Assembly (NCBI GenBank): GCA_977020255.1 | Contig: CDROCS010003256.1 | Location: 62,001 to 126,000, forward strand | From: Obrimoposthia wandeli | Lineage: Eukaryota | Length of the DNA stretch: 64,000 bases | Reading direction: 5' to 3' | Shown here: positions 45,649 to 59,879 of the stretch, in pieces | Numbering within the stretch: position 1 is the first letter of the stretch | Layout of the letters: each line of letters starts with the position of its first letter | Program-made: the position numbers and the translations under genes | The notes under the pieces: generated by a model | Database searches by the model: none | Seen by the model: the letters and a program-made list of their open reading frames with translations, nothing else | What the model was told of the DNA's origin: nothing

Positions 45649-48600
45649 ATTGCAGATATTCGCGAGGACTGAGGATGGGAAAACTGCGGAACTTTACATC
45701 ATGAAGATTGAGACAATAGCGACGATGAAGAAGAAGATCCAGGACAGTATTGGTCTGGCTATAGATGAGCAGAAATTGACATTCAAAGAAGAAACATTAG
45801 AGAATGATAGATTGGTAGAGGATTACCAAATTGTGGATAGATCTGTGATGCATGTGACATGGGTACCGAGGTGAGTTGTTCATAGTTTTAATCATTTATA
45901 CCTCTTTTTCAGAGGCAAGATGCAGCTATTCGCTAAGACATTGGATGGGAAAACGACGATTCTTGATGTCATGAGCTTTGAAACAATAGCAAAAGTGAAG
46001 AAGAATATCTTTGAAAGAATCGGCCTTATTCCTGAAGAACAAGAGTTGGTATTTAAAGGAGGAATTTTACAAGACAAGTATGCTATCGAACATTACCAAA
46101 TGGGAGACAAATCGGTGATAGATGTCATTGCCAAAGGAGGGTGAGCTAAACATTATTTTAATACTTTTGATATATTTTGTCAAAGATGCAGTGCAGATAA
46201 ACAAAAATGAAATTTTATCTAATTTATTCAAAATGAACTAAAGTCAAAATATTATAAACTATTTTGTTCCCAAACTTCAATTAACCACCATAACAATTAT
46301 CGTTCTTTTGAATCTTTATAAAAACAGTTTTCAAATAGAAAAGGGAAAATGTTAATAGGATGTGTTTTTCTTTTAAAACAATAATAAATCTAGGTACAAT
46401 TTATGCTCGATTATGGATATGTAGATTTAAAATCGACATAAATTGTATTATGAAAATTTGTACATAACCCTATATACGATTTTGAAAATTTTACTTTTGC
46501 AATATGGATGCGTTAACCAGAGCATAGTTCAAACTGATATTTTTGATTACTTATATCTTTTGTGCGCTTCGAAATTTCTTGGTGAGAGCATAGCTGGCTA
46601 ATTTTCCCACTTGGCTTCATTTTAAGCTATCTCTCAACAAAATTGATGCACTAAATTGTATGAATATGGGCCTGTTGAGAAAACTGAAACTACGGTTAAC
46701 ATATTGAATATATCCGACCAGCTACTTATGCTCTAGTAAGCAAAATAAGCCACAATTTGAAAACAGGGAATAAAGCTGTCATATGTGTTTATTTTTTGCG
46801 AATGCCAAAATTATGTTTCCCAAAATTGACTTATCTAAGTTAGTCATGGTTAAATAAGTAGCAATTCAGCAGACTTAGAAGGGAATAATCCAAATATGTA
46901 CTCATTAATCTTAATCAGTTTAAGTTTAAGGGTTTATACTGTTAAATTGACGACGAATACAGTTTTAATCATTGTTAAATATGTTTATTAAAAGAGAAAG
47001 AAGTTAAAAAATATATGTAAAGTCTCGTTTTAAGATTGTTATATTTAAAATTATATAACTAATTAAGTTACTCAAAAAGTGATTTTAAATAAGTTAAATA
47101 TATTTTTGAATTTGAACTTAAAATAAACGATTTCAAAGGTTATGATATTAATTAAATAAATAAATATTTACAAATTAAGTTAATTTTCAAAACTTAAGTT
47201 TTATTACTATAAAAAATTTTGTATTAAGTATTTTTTACTTATTTATTAATATAACCTACATACATAATTGTATTAAAAAGCTATTTGAAATTCGGTTTTA
47301 TTTGAAATGTTTGACTATTTAAGATCAACTAAACAAAGTAAATGTATTAAATTATGAATTTTAAATAGTATGAAAGATCTTATAAATATTTTATTTTATT
47401 TAAAATTTAAAAAAAATTATTTTCGAATAAGAAAATTAGGTCTTACTCACAAAATATTTATTTATAAAAATAAAACAGAATTTGTGATTTGTTAATATCG
47501 GTTTTCAGGCATTTTATTCAGATATTCATTACGACAATGGATGGTAAAACTGTGATCATGGAGATTAGGAAGAATGAAACAATATTGGAAATAAAGAATT
47601 TGATACAGAAGAAAATGGGGTTGATTCCGGATGAGCAGCAACTGCAGTTCAATGGGATAACTTTAGAAGATGACAAATGGTTGGAGGATTACCAAATAGG
47701 GGGAAAATCTGATATAAAATTGATAAATATGTGAGTATTGTGCTTCTCGTTATTTTGATTTCCGTTTCAGAGCTCCGATACAGATTTCAGCGAAAACAAT
47801 TCATGGGGAAACGGCGATCTTTGAAATAATGGGGAATGAGACAATATTAGCAGCGAAAAAGAAAATCCAGGAGAAAATCGGTCTCAATCCAGATGAGCAG
47901 AAATTAGAGTTTCAAGGAATAACTTTGGAAGATGTCAAAATGTTGAAGGATTACCAAATTGTGAATCATTCTGTGATAAATGTTCTAGAAAGACTCAAGT
48001 GAGTTTTATGTTGAAGTCATTGTTTCATTTAGAATAAACTGTTTGCCAACAACCACGACGTTTTTAATTATCTAAAACTTTGAAACGAAAAATAAAATTA
48101 AACCACAATGTATTATAAATATAAACAACTGCGACAAATGTGTGAATTTACGTATTGCCCTAGTATTTTTTAACAAACTAAATATTTTACGATTTAATTC
48201 AGCCCAACAGATTACCATGTATAATTAGTTTTGTTATTGTTACTTGGTGAGTTTAATAATTATCAAACATTTATAAAGGTTGTCGTGATCAATCAAAATG
48301 GCTTTTCTTACGAAGTGTTGAGATAAATTAATCAATTTTAGCTTCGGGTCCGAGGAATCAATATTGTGTGACGCAATTCTCATGTAGAACAACGCACAAC
48401 TTCACTACTCGTGTAACAATTGATTTTATTCATCAGAAAGCCAATGGGGAAACATTCTCCCTACTCATCTGAGTTGAATTGATTAGACAGGGGGAATGCC
48501 TGACAGGAAAGAGAAATCGTGTAAATGTTGAAATAGCTGATGAGTTAAAAGATTTTCTTTACTCAACATTATGGGCCATTACAAAAGTTTCCTATATGCA

Positions 48601-51600
48601 TCAATTAGACAGATACATGGAATAAACAGTATAGTAAAGACAAATTTTCAGATCATTTAAGGCAACCGAAGGTTATTTCAATAAAATATCCATTTCGCGT
48701 TTCGATATTTGGTCTAGAAATTCACTAACTGCCAGCCATTTTGCTGATTTTAAACTTTGAAATGTTTTGAATCAAATCGAGTGTGGTGATTTTAAAAAAC
48801 AAGGTTTTTTTTTTACAAGGTTTAGTTTTCTCAATAATTTCCGAATAATTTATTGCGTAATTGTATTATTCTTTCAGGACTATCATTGTATTTTATCAAG
48901 ACATCGATTGGATTATAAACCAAGTCTTATTATTAAAATATATTTACATAATACAAACATTTGATTTCAATTTAGAGTTCTGTACAAAAATATCATACGC
49001 AAGAAGGACATTTAGGCTACATTCAGACTCATTCGGCCAAACGTGGGGCAATTACAGTCTTGCACCAGAAGACACATGTAACCGAATTTATAAAACATAC
49101 GTACGATGCGTATTGTGGTAAACTAAGAGATCGGGATACTCTGAAGGCCTCATTTAGCATGCGAGACATGCTCAGAAAGTCTCAGAGCATGGAGGCAATG
49201 AAATAGAAAGACTTTAAGTTTTGGAATTCGTGTGATTGGGAGGGAACCAAAAATTCATTTCAATGATTGTAATTTTGCAATTTTAATTTTACTATAATAA
49301 CTAAGAAAGCGAAATTTGGATTTTCTATCAGCAAGAAGACTAATTCCTCATTCTGATCAGATTCTTCTGACTAATCTACATTTTCAACTGAAGGAAATGA
49401 TTCTGAAGATTAATTTGTCTCCGAAGACGAAGATTTTGAATATCAACTTGAAGAAGATTTAAATACACAGAAATTTTAGCTCCCCGAATAGAAAAATTTG
49501 GTGCCTAATTGATATATATCAGAGGAATCTGTGGCATTTTTAGCTGCAAGATTTAAATATAAAAATTCTATTAGCAACTAGAGTAAATATTTATATTTCC
49601 TATTGAACAGCATGTTGAAAAATATAAATGTTTCGTATTTTGTAATATTGGTAGATGTTTTGTGGAATCAGTGGGATCAAAGTGTGTAGTAAATGATCGA
49701 GACTTTTCATAGACAGATCAAAATCTAGTCCGAATTGCTTCACAACGGAAACAAATTAGCATCTATTCCCCTTGGTAATTAAGAAAATCTCAAGGACGCG
49801 TATGAAACTATGAAACTCACATAGGAAAATTTCAAATATAATGATATCTAAGCTTTTGTTCTCCGAAATGTTATATGAATTACAATCCGTATTTTACACA
49901 GTCGTTTAGACAATTTTCCGGTAGATTTTGAGGACTTTACCGATCAGCACATTTTAATGAATTTTAGCTAATTTTGCCTCAGAGAATCAAATTCTGGCAC
50001 CAGTTTTGTCTATCAAATCCGACTTTGATTCATAAAATCTCGCAATTTCCCAAGAAACCGCAATTTTATGCCCATAGTTGGAGAATTAGACATACATCGA
50101 TACCAAATTTAATAAGTCATCACACAAAGTTGAGATGAGAAAATATGTCCAAAAATTCCTTGAGGCCACTGCATAAATTTATCTTTCTTTGACAATGTCT
50201 GATGTACAGCTTTTGGCATGTTGTGACAAAGTGTGGATCCCGGAAAAGTGCTCTAAATCAATGTCAATCTAATATTTTGTCTTATTCTTGTCCCATAGTC
50301 TTGAAAACGTTGAACATTTATAGCTGAAGCATTCTCTATTGTGGCCAAGAGCTTTGACGAATTGTTTCATCAAATAAACTTTTATGTGCAGCGGTGAAAT
50401 ACTATGTTTTTTCCTATCAATTACAGAGTTCTTGTCACCAGACGTCAATTTTTTCTTGGTAGCGATTTCTTTGTTACCCTGTGGTTTACTGTAGTCCTAC
50501 TGTCGCTGCTTCTTTTATTTTTACACAATGTCGAATTGGAGTTGAACTCTATATATTTTTATTGTGAAGTTAAACACACTCCAAGCTCATTTTAGAACTG
50601 TCAATAAAAAGTATCCAATCACTTGAAGCATATGCAGGCAACCCAGTAGTGAGAAAAAGGCCTCCAACATTATTACAATAAACAAGCTGACTATTTGAAT
50701 GGAAGAACTTTCGCTGATTTGCGTTTCCTTTACGATGAAAATATATTCTAATGCCAGGCTTCAACGATCTTGTATTTTGCAGCCCGAACGCCAAAACCTC
50801 GGCAGTGCTTTGGCAAATACAAATGTGTGCCCAGGTTATTCAATCCAGGTTGACTAAATAGAGACGGTTTATCACAATCTGCATCATTTCATATGTTGAG
50901 GCATGTGAACTGAGGGCTTCAAAATCAATCTGACAACTCAGTAAATACATGCACTAGTATTTCCTCACATTGTTCAACTGATCCAATGGCGAATGGGATA
51001 TCTGGGTATTGCAAGTGTTGTTTGTTTTTATATTTGAAACCATTTACAATAACAAGGCAGAAGTAGCAGATATCAAATTGATTTGTTGGTTCTCCCCGTA
51101 ATATAAGAACACCAAACTTAAGCTTATAATTTGTTCCTTGACGAATTTGAATGCTAAAAATGTTAACTAAAACAAAAATTTACTAACTTGTAAAAATAAT
51201 TGTAAAATATAAAATCTTTTGATCATACTAATCGAATGTAAAAAATACAAAAGAAACGGTAGGTGGTTGTAAAACAAGTTTCTGTATGAAAATGCTGTTA
51301 GTGATCAGCATGACAAGTCCCTGTAAATAGTGATGAACAGTTAATTTCTGGTAAAATATCGACAACACAAACATGCCATGGGATAGAAAAAGTCTGATTT
51401 AAGATTTGGATCCAGCGCCACGACATTATTCCAAAACTGCTCTAAGTTTCTATGCCATATAAAAATCATTTTTGTTGACCAGTGTTATCCAATAATAATT
51501 TTAGGACTTTGCAACAAGATTGTACATCAGTTTATATTCAACACCAAAGCAGAAAATTTGTTTAGAATCATTAATGATACACAAATGTTTTTTCTTCTGG

Positions 51601-53137
51601 GATACAAATGATAATGTAAGTAAAGTTTGGAAATGACGATGATATGCAAACTTATGACTAGATTATTTATTTGCTGTTCCCCTAATTATATTTGCAGATT
51701 GATTATCAAAACTCTAGAAATAAACAGAGACATGGAGATCTATGTCGATCCCAGAACGATGGTGGGGAATCTGAAGACGATGCTGGGCCAGAATGAAGTC
51801 GCGGAACAGAGATTGTACTTCAACAGTGAACTGATGGATGATGAACTGGGGTTGAGCCATTACAAAATAAAGTCTGGTGACACCATTGAGATGTTTAGAA
51901 TGTGAGTATATCTTATTATTTTCGTTTCTAGGGTTAATGTTATATAGCTACAAATATTAACTCTCTTTATTACAATTCATGGGTGTTCAACCAGAGAATA
52001 TTCCGAACTGGGCTCCTCTGAATATTAAAATAGTTTTTTTTTAAAATAAAAGTAAACATTAATAAGATATCATTTTTTATCATTGTTAACTGCTAAATAG
52101 CTGTAAAACTATAAATACTTTTACTAAACGATCAAATTAGTTTTCTTAAATGCTCTAATACAGTCAGTAAAATAAATATTTGATCTCATTTTAAAATAAC
52201 TAATTATTTGAGGATTATATTTATTTATCAAGACCATTTGACATGTAAGCCCAGAAGTAACGAAGATTGTATAGTAAAATAGTTTCAACTTGAAGGTTTT
52301 TTGCATCAAATTCTACATACAACTGTACACATTTTTAATCCGTTAAAAAAGAGATATATCAAATAATAATTTTCGATTTTTGGAGTTATTTAAGCAGTGT
52401 ATTCCAGACATGTACATTACTTATACACTCTGACGTTCTTATTTGTCGAAGAAGTCCTTTTGCAGTAACTTCTTGTCCGCTAATTACTTCAAGTGCATCA
52501 CGTATATCTTCAAAGATGTTCAACATTGAGGTGACAGCTTGAAAAGAACTCGACCATCGTGTTTCACCATTTGTTAACAGTTTTAGGTCCGTCTGCTGCT
52601 GTCAGTGTGAGAGATAACAAAGTTTCAGCAGCATTTGGAGAATGTCAAAAAGAGAGTGCAAAGCTCCCAAATATTGAAAGAGTGTCACATTCGAGTTACT
52701 TTATAATATGCAGATTCTATAACAAGGTTTAGTGAATGAGACTCATATGGTACATAAAATGCCAAAAAGTGTCATGGAACACATTACAACACCCCTGCTA
52801 CGCTTCTGATCCCGACCGCAACATTGAGACAGTCATTATTAGCTGCTCTAGAACCAGCCTGAAGTGCATTTAGTGCATTTTCTAGTCTATTGTCATGAGC
52901 ATCATTCATGCGTGCAGAAAGACTGTGAAGGTGCGGGTCCAAAACAAGGCTGGAATTGTGGCTGTGATCGAGATCAGAAACACAAAGACTGTGTCAGATG
53001 TGAAACAATTAATCGTGCGTAAATTCAATTTAACGACAAACGTAATCAGATTGGAGTATAATGGGAAAGTGCTGGTCGATAATCACAGTGTCGAGAATTG
53101 CAGAATTCAGAATATGGATCTTTTGAAGATTATTTGA
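45649..53137 (+). CDS. Poly-ubiquitin-like gene with six UBL exons: 45649-45870, 45913-46140, 47509-47730, 47771-47998, 51698-51901, 52918-53137
   Basis: Each exon encodes one ubiquitin-fold domain (e.g. MQLFAKTLDGKTTILDV..IPEEQELVFKGGILQD..IEHYQM). All internal junctions are phase 2 with GTGAG donors, internal exon lengths are multiples of 3, and the frame is open throughout. Start exon not identified. Confidence 0.85.
48990..49130 (+). mobile_element. Gypsy-like integrase zinc-finger remnant
   Basis: EGHLGYIQTH..VTEFIKTYVRC resembles GHLGxxKT..VxxFIKTCxxC, read across frameshifts. Confidence 0.5.
49750..51150 (-). mobile_element. Degenerate DNA transposase, probably Chapaev/CMC-type
   Basis: GEPTNQFDICYFC, GFKYKNKQHLQYPDIP, DWILFIDSSKMSL, SPLHIKVYLMKQFVKAL. 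The transposase call is firm; the superfamily name is from recall. Confidence 0.75.
52400..52800 (-). mobile_element. hAT transposase remnant
   Basis: GETRWSSSFQAVTSMLNIFEDIRDALEVI on the minus strand. Confidence 0.7.
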
Positions 53138-56100
53138 GATGGTCTTTAGGCAAATTTTTCCATTATCTTGTCAGTATCTTTTAATTTGATGCTACACTTA
53201 CTGAAACAGCCAAATGTGATAATATTTGTGGTGTGTTTCTGAGATTTATAATTTTGTATTTTATGTTGAGCATTCAATTCTAATACAATCTTGTATCTTT
53301 TCTTGTTCGTGTGTCAACTATCAATAGTAAATATATATCTGAGTAGTTAACAAATAAGTTAACCACATCAAATAACTCTACCGCTTCATTATGCTTTTGT
53401 AATATCTGTCTTTCTGATTAGGATAAGTAACATTTATATTTTACTGCACAGTATATCGAAATCAACCTGACAGTCATATGAATATATAAATTTGGTAAAT
53501 ATATTTAGGGTTAATTTTTTGAGATGAGTCAATTTTTTCTCTCAATTTTCTCTTGATTTCAATTTTGATGAGTCAGCTCAAAATATTTCTTCTTCATTAT
53601 ATACATGAAAAAAATCTTATTTAAAAATTGTTTTTTGTAATAATTTATTATAAAACACGTTAAATAAAATGTCTCACAAAATTGGGTTAAATTATAAGAA
53701 ATTTTAAGAAAAATGTTTGTTCCGTAGGAACTTCTGGTTCACCCGATAAAATCTTCAGATATATTAATTTTTAGTTTCAACTGTAAATGCAAATTTTACT
53801 TTTTAATAAAAATCGGAAAATTTTCATGGAAGACAGCTTCAAAAAATTTCTTTGGGGTTCTATTATAAATTATGTTGTTTCGAAACATGGATTTGGAATT
53901 TTTTTTTTACTTTTTAGACTTTATTAGGAAGACCTTTGAACTATTGATGATTGAATAAAAATTAACTCAGAAAATTAACTTAAATATTTTAGACAGAAAT
54001 CACTTAGGAGGTTACCAATTGGAAAAATAACTTGTAACGCACTGCAACTATAAAATGAAGAGAATTATTTTCATTTAAACCGAAATAATTTGTTAATTGT
54101 ATAAAGTTATATTAAAAAAACACCTGACTCGTCTCAAGATGACATGTTATGATATTAAACTGATATTTTAGCCGAATTTGTACTTTTGGTACTTATATTT
54201 GTGTTAGTTAACGATTAATTGTGGTCCGTATGATCACGTTATGGAACAAACACATAAATCTTTCTCGAATGGGCTTTTAGGCCTATTTACCCATAGAAAT
54301 AAATGAAAACATAAGATTTTACCCTTTCTTGTCTAGACTTCGTAAAAATAATTCTTGTATATGCTTATATCATTCAGATGATGGAAGAAAATCCAATACA
54401 TTTGATTATTTCTGTCCTTGAAAATATTCAAAGTTTTCTAACACAAGTAGTAACAATAGAATGGCATACATCAACATTTTCGATCTGTTGAATGACTTAG
54501 TGCAATGAATTCCATTGGCGTTTCCAAGCTTAACACTGATTATTTGTTGAGGAGTTACATTAAAAACTATCAGGAACCACATTTGAATTATATTTGTACA
54601 CATATTTTTGTAAGTATCACATATGCCTTATATAATTATGTACACCCCATTACACTCATGCATAATTTTAATAAAACACTATCCCAAATTTATATTATTA
54701 ATTTCCAATGGATTACAAAGACTATATCAACAATGCTCTGATTCATCAAAGTCTAGTGCTCATCATCTTACTTGCCCTGCTACTCCCATTGATGGCATGT
54801 TTACTGTATATTTAATGATACTTATAGATCATGTTTATACTACTGCATTATGCCTTATTTGTGAGTACTGGCCTATGCCTGTGAAGAAGTGGATTATGCC
54901 CTCACAATTAAAGATTCCAGAAAGGAATATGAAAAAAGATATTGATAATTTAGTGGATTAGTTTGACAAAATCAGTATATTTCAAGATACTAACAATATT
55001 TAAAATATCAATATTTGAATAGCATTACAATTTTGGAGAGAAACCTATTGTTACTTCAATTGAAAAAATAACCGATTTTTAGAGCACATTACAAATATTT
55101 ACTTGAATGAATTGCAATATAATATCCAGCGTCATATATAATGACAAGATGTAATCCACGTCTGAATAATACATACTTAATCAAGCATGAGTGCTGTCAT
55201 AGAATAATTGTTAGCAAGTATGATACATTAATCAATTAGTCGTGCAAACTAATCTTCCTCATGGTTACATACACATACGTTGTTATAAAATAATCATTAA
55301 GAACCAGATGGGATTAATTGAATGCATTATCATACTTACTATAATGGCTAGCAACTGACTTTATTTTAATTCACAATATACTAGTTTTGGTAACTAAGCT
55401 TAGCATGACAACACACACATTGTCATAATATAATGGCAAGCAACTGTGATTGTATTTCAATTGACTTATCTGGTACATAGGTTTTGAAAACTAATATAAC
55501 TTACTGTTACAAAAAATGCAATTATTATATACTGTTATGGGATAATCAATGATGCATTTAAACAAAGGCATTTAGCTATATAATAAAACTTTGAATTATT
55601 TAAAATACATGTAATAACCTAAATACATTGATCTAATTAAAATGTTGGGTAATAATTCTTCTTAAAATTAATATGATATTGGTAAAGAAAATCAAATATT
55701 ATTACAGCATAAAAATTAGCTTGGAAAATTTCATATAAAATAAATAACAAATAATTTTCTACTTGTAATTAGTTTAAATTAGAAAAAAGAAAGAAATGTG
55801 TTACAAGTCATTTCAAAAACTTTATGAATAAGCCATCAAAAATTTTGGAAATTTGAACAATAATAATTTAAATAGTTTTATTTAAAATATTGGAAAAGAT
55901 AAAAACCCCAGAGGCATGTAATGATGCAGAAAATATTAAATAAAAATAATAAAATCAGATTATTTATGATAGATAAATAACATTACATGAGAATTCAAAA
56001 TAATCAAATTAAATAGAAAATTAGAATTACTGAAATTATGACCTTGATAAATCATAAGAATGTGTATATAATATGGAACAATGTAAAAAAGAGGACTCTG

Positions 56101-57154
56101 ATTAGGGGAATATATGTGTCTTTCAGGACAAAGCCCCACTCTTAAGACAAATTAGTAACATATTTTCAAACTTATGTAACTTTTTATCTAAACGTCATTT
56201 TGAGATGCAGTCTTCACTAATGGATACGCACCGCATTCAAGGGTATTTATAATAAGGTGCTCACTTACTGTATAAACTTGGATGAAGGTTGCAACTATTC
56301 ATCACAAAGACCATTTATTTAAATACATAAATTTTTCAATTATATTTTTTAAACAAAAGTCATTTAATTAAAATGTTTAATATAATTTTATTAATATCAA
56401 TTTTTCTAGATTTTTATGTATCATGTGTATTTTATTTATTTCTAAATTTTATTAAATTATACATTATTAAAAAAAGAAAAATTGTTTTACTGCTTCAATA
56501 AAATTAATTAATCTTGAAGAAGAACTGATGAAATTGCAAAGTACACAGTAATTATTATATAAATTTCTAAATTTAATTATATTATATGTTATATTTCTAA
56601 ATTAAAGTATTTTATAATTACTTAAATTAATTTAGTAAATTTTATATTACTTTATTTTTAAAGTATTTTACATAAAAAATTAAAGAGATAAAACTTTTGA
56701 AAAATATTTTTAAATTTATTATGGCTAAAGATAGTAGCCCTGCTTGTTAAATATTACTAATATAGTACTGCGTTAATCCAGAAATAATGCGGATCCAGAC
56801 ATAATGCTGTATGCTGCGTTTTCAAATAAAAGAGAAACGAATATTGCGTTGTGCTAATAACTCCGGTTTGGTGATATAGCCAATTAATTTAATAAATTAT
56901 GTCTTTCGAAAAATGGCTTCTCCTATATACAAATACACATATATATATATATATCAATTTATATCCTCATTTTTATTGGTTGAATTCATTTACATTGCAG
57001 TTATTTAAAATCATTTTACGTTGCAGATTTTTAAGGAAATGTGATACAATTATAATACAAATTAGGAAATAAATGAACATACGAATACAAAAATGTATTT
57101 TTCAACTATAACTGTCTCAACTATTTTTCATCTTATTGTCATCGATCCACTGGG

Positions 57155-57839
57155 GGGGTACGGAAAAAATGGCAATGGCAATATGGAAGAAATGGCAAAC
57201 TTATTTTATTTTATAAAAAATAAAATAAATTAATATGTAAAACCAAAAATTATTATAAACAAAGATACATTTGTTGTTCTCACATTTATTTACATTAAAA
57301 TATTGTACAGTTATGTCATTTTATTTACACTTTATATATAACCAAAAGCACATGTTTAATATTATTCACACATGAACATTAATATTACTATGCAGTCTTC
57401 GAGAACATCCTATCAACATGTAGATAGCATTTAGGCAAATAGTTCACTCATCAACCACTAGGTTACAATTTGAGATTGCCTACATTTGAGATTTGAGAGA
57501 AGCCACTCTTTCAGAAGTGCAATTAGTTATTGTTGGTGCATTTGTTATCTAAATTTACTGTGATTATGACTTCATGGCTTCATGTTTTTTAAATATTTTA
57601 ACAAATAATCATTTCGCTGCCTAATATCTAAATATGTTACAGAAGCCACTCTTTGAAAAGCGCAATTAGTAATTTTTGCTGTAAGTCTTATGAACTACTG
57701 TATACATTTGTTGTGACTTCAAGGCATCATTTTTATACTTATTAATTTATTTTATTTTTTATAAAATAAAATAAGTTTGCCATTTCTTCCATATTTTGCA
57801 TATTGCCATTTTTCCATTGCCATTTTTTCCTACAACCCC
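57155..57839. mobile_element. MITE with ~90-bp imperfect TIRs and 5-6 bp TSD
   Basis: GGGG..ggaaaaaatggcaatgg.. termini; actggg on both flanks (57149-57154 and 57840-57845); internal ~140-bp direct repeat (agaagccactcttt). Confidence 0.82.
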
Positions 57840-59879
57840 ACTGGGTGTAGTCTTGTATCCTTGAATTCTGAAACAGAGAATCAAATTCAATGGAGGAGGA
57901 GGTACATTGAAAATTGCACTATTATCCCGCTTGAAAACAGTATTTCTTTTGATTATAAATTTGTTCTCCTGAATTTGATATTTGATTCACAAATTGATTG
58001 ATGAATGTATTGATTCTCCACTTCTACTGAAGTAAAATTTGAAACCTATTTATCAAATATAAGTTTATCTTTGTTGACAGGTAAATAACATTATAGTGTT
58101 ACGGTTTCTTCAAAAAATACTTTTCTTTTTTCATATTTATGTACATGTTGATATAGATTTTCGAAATTTATATTTCCAATATGAGTTTAAATATTCAATT
58201 AGGAATGCATTAGGAAGATTTGTCAACCTTTTATTAATATAAGGAATTGATAAGTATCATTATGTTGATATTAAAAATTTAGTAGATTATTAAATTTCAG
58301 TAATCGTTTAAATAATGAAATTTGACTAGAATTTACTCCAAGCGGTGTCATAAGTATTTGCATGGCTTTAGGTTACAGACAGCTTTTGATAAGCGTGAAG
58401 GACTCTGTAGAGGTAATATGAATGCAGTTACTTTATATTCCATGATTGAAAACAAACACATTGATTTAATGATTTTAGTAAAAATTATGTCACCACCTTA
58501 TGTGATTTATACAAAGTATGTACTTGCTCTATTTTGATAATTAATTTTCCAATTTTTTTTGATTATTAATTTTTATTAAAATCATTGTCTATGTATTGTT
58601 TATATTGGATTGTTTATACCCATTAAACAAAGACATCACATGATCACTTTTACATGTAATAGACATAAATTGCACGTACGTTGCAATGTTACTAAAAATT
58701 GATTTTTCAAATAGTATATAAGAATTAACTTGTTTATAATAAAAAAAATTATTCAACATCAAAATGTTGATTATCAATTACAAGGTAATGGATTTAAGGG
58801 ACATCCGACTCTACCATTCAGGACTTCAATGCCGCACTAATAATTTATTTTATATTTAATTATAAAATGCATTTAGGAACATGCAGAATGATGGGTTGTA
58901 AAAGATTGTTTGTTAAAAAGCTCTCTTACCTTCCATATTAAAATTGAAGGAATATAATCCATTACCAGTACTAATTTGATTCATGGAGTAAACCTCAACA
59001 AGTTGGGCAAAAGTATGGGATCAGGCGCAGTTTATGAGACATAAATTTTACCACGACTACAATAAGTCTCCTGATGAAACAAAGACTATGCTTGTAAGTT
59101 GGATTTATTTTGTTCGCAAAATGCAATCTTATTAAAAATATATTTATTTTTGTTTTCATTTATAAACAATACATTATTAGCTTTATTTCGTTTGCAAATT
59201 GATTAACTTATTTATTGTAAAGAAGTGCAGGATGCATTAGAAGATCTCATGTTTGCTACTATTACTACATTAATTAATAAAAATCATTTTGGGTAAGGAT
59301 TATTTTTATTTTATTATTTATTTAGTTTACAACATTAGATCAATTTTCATAAGAGTTTGAGGCAGATTGAAAACTTTAATAATTATCCAGTCATATCTCG
59401 CGGAGAGAACTATTATGAAACTTATGGTTCAATTAAATCAAATCTCGATTTGGTATATAAGAGTAAAAGTATCAACTCTAAAATGAAAATAGAGAAAATT
59501 AATTAGATATCAACAATTCAGCAACATCACCAGCAGCAATCATAAGGGAAGAAACTATTGATGAAGTGAAGAGAGAAGAAGTAATTGTAGTGAGGAAATT
59601 TATTGAATAAGATGAAGAAAAAAAATGATCAGATTTTTAAATGGATTTGACTTTTACGAAACCCATTATAGCTCATGCTTCCAGTATGAAAATGAATCAT
59701 ATTAACCACCTTTTTGATAGTTTGTTTAGTGCTAGATTTAGTCAACATAATACAGAAAAATTAAAGAGAACAAACATGAGTGAGATTTTAGTAAATCAAT
59801 TGTATATTGATAATTATCCATATGCATTTAATGAAACTAGGCTTCTGAAATCAGGATTCACCCATATAATTAATATATA

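Noticed and set aside
45920-46144. Stand-alone 74-aa ubiquitin-like gene ending in GG
   Set aside because: The TGA lies inside a canonical splice donor shared by all UBL exons; treated as an exon, with intron retention noted as a possibility.
54400-55000. Overlapping short ORFs
   Set aside because: No recognisable motifs or splice structure.
58300-59850. Possible degraded host or transposon coding sequence, including ORF 59641-59967
   Set aside because: No family could be assigned from motifs; the 3' end of the ORF runs antisense into the penton relic.
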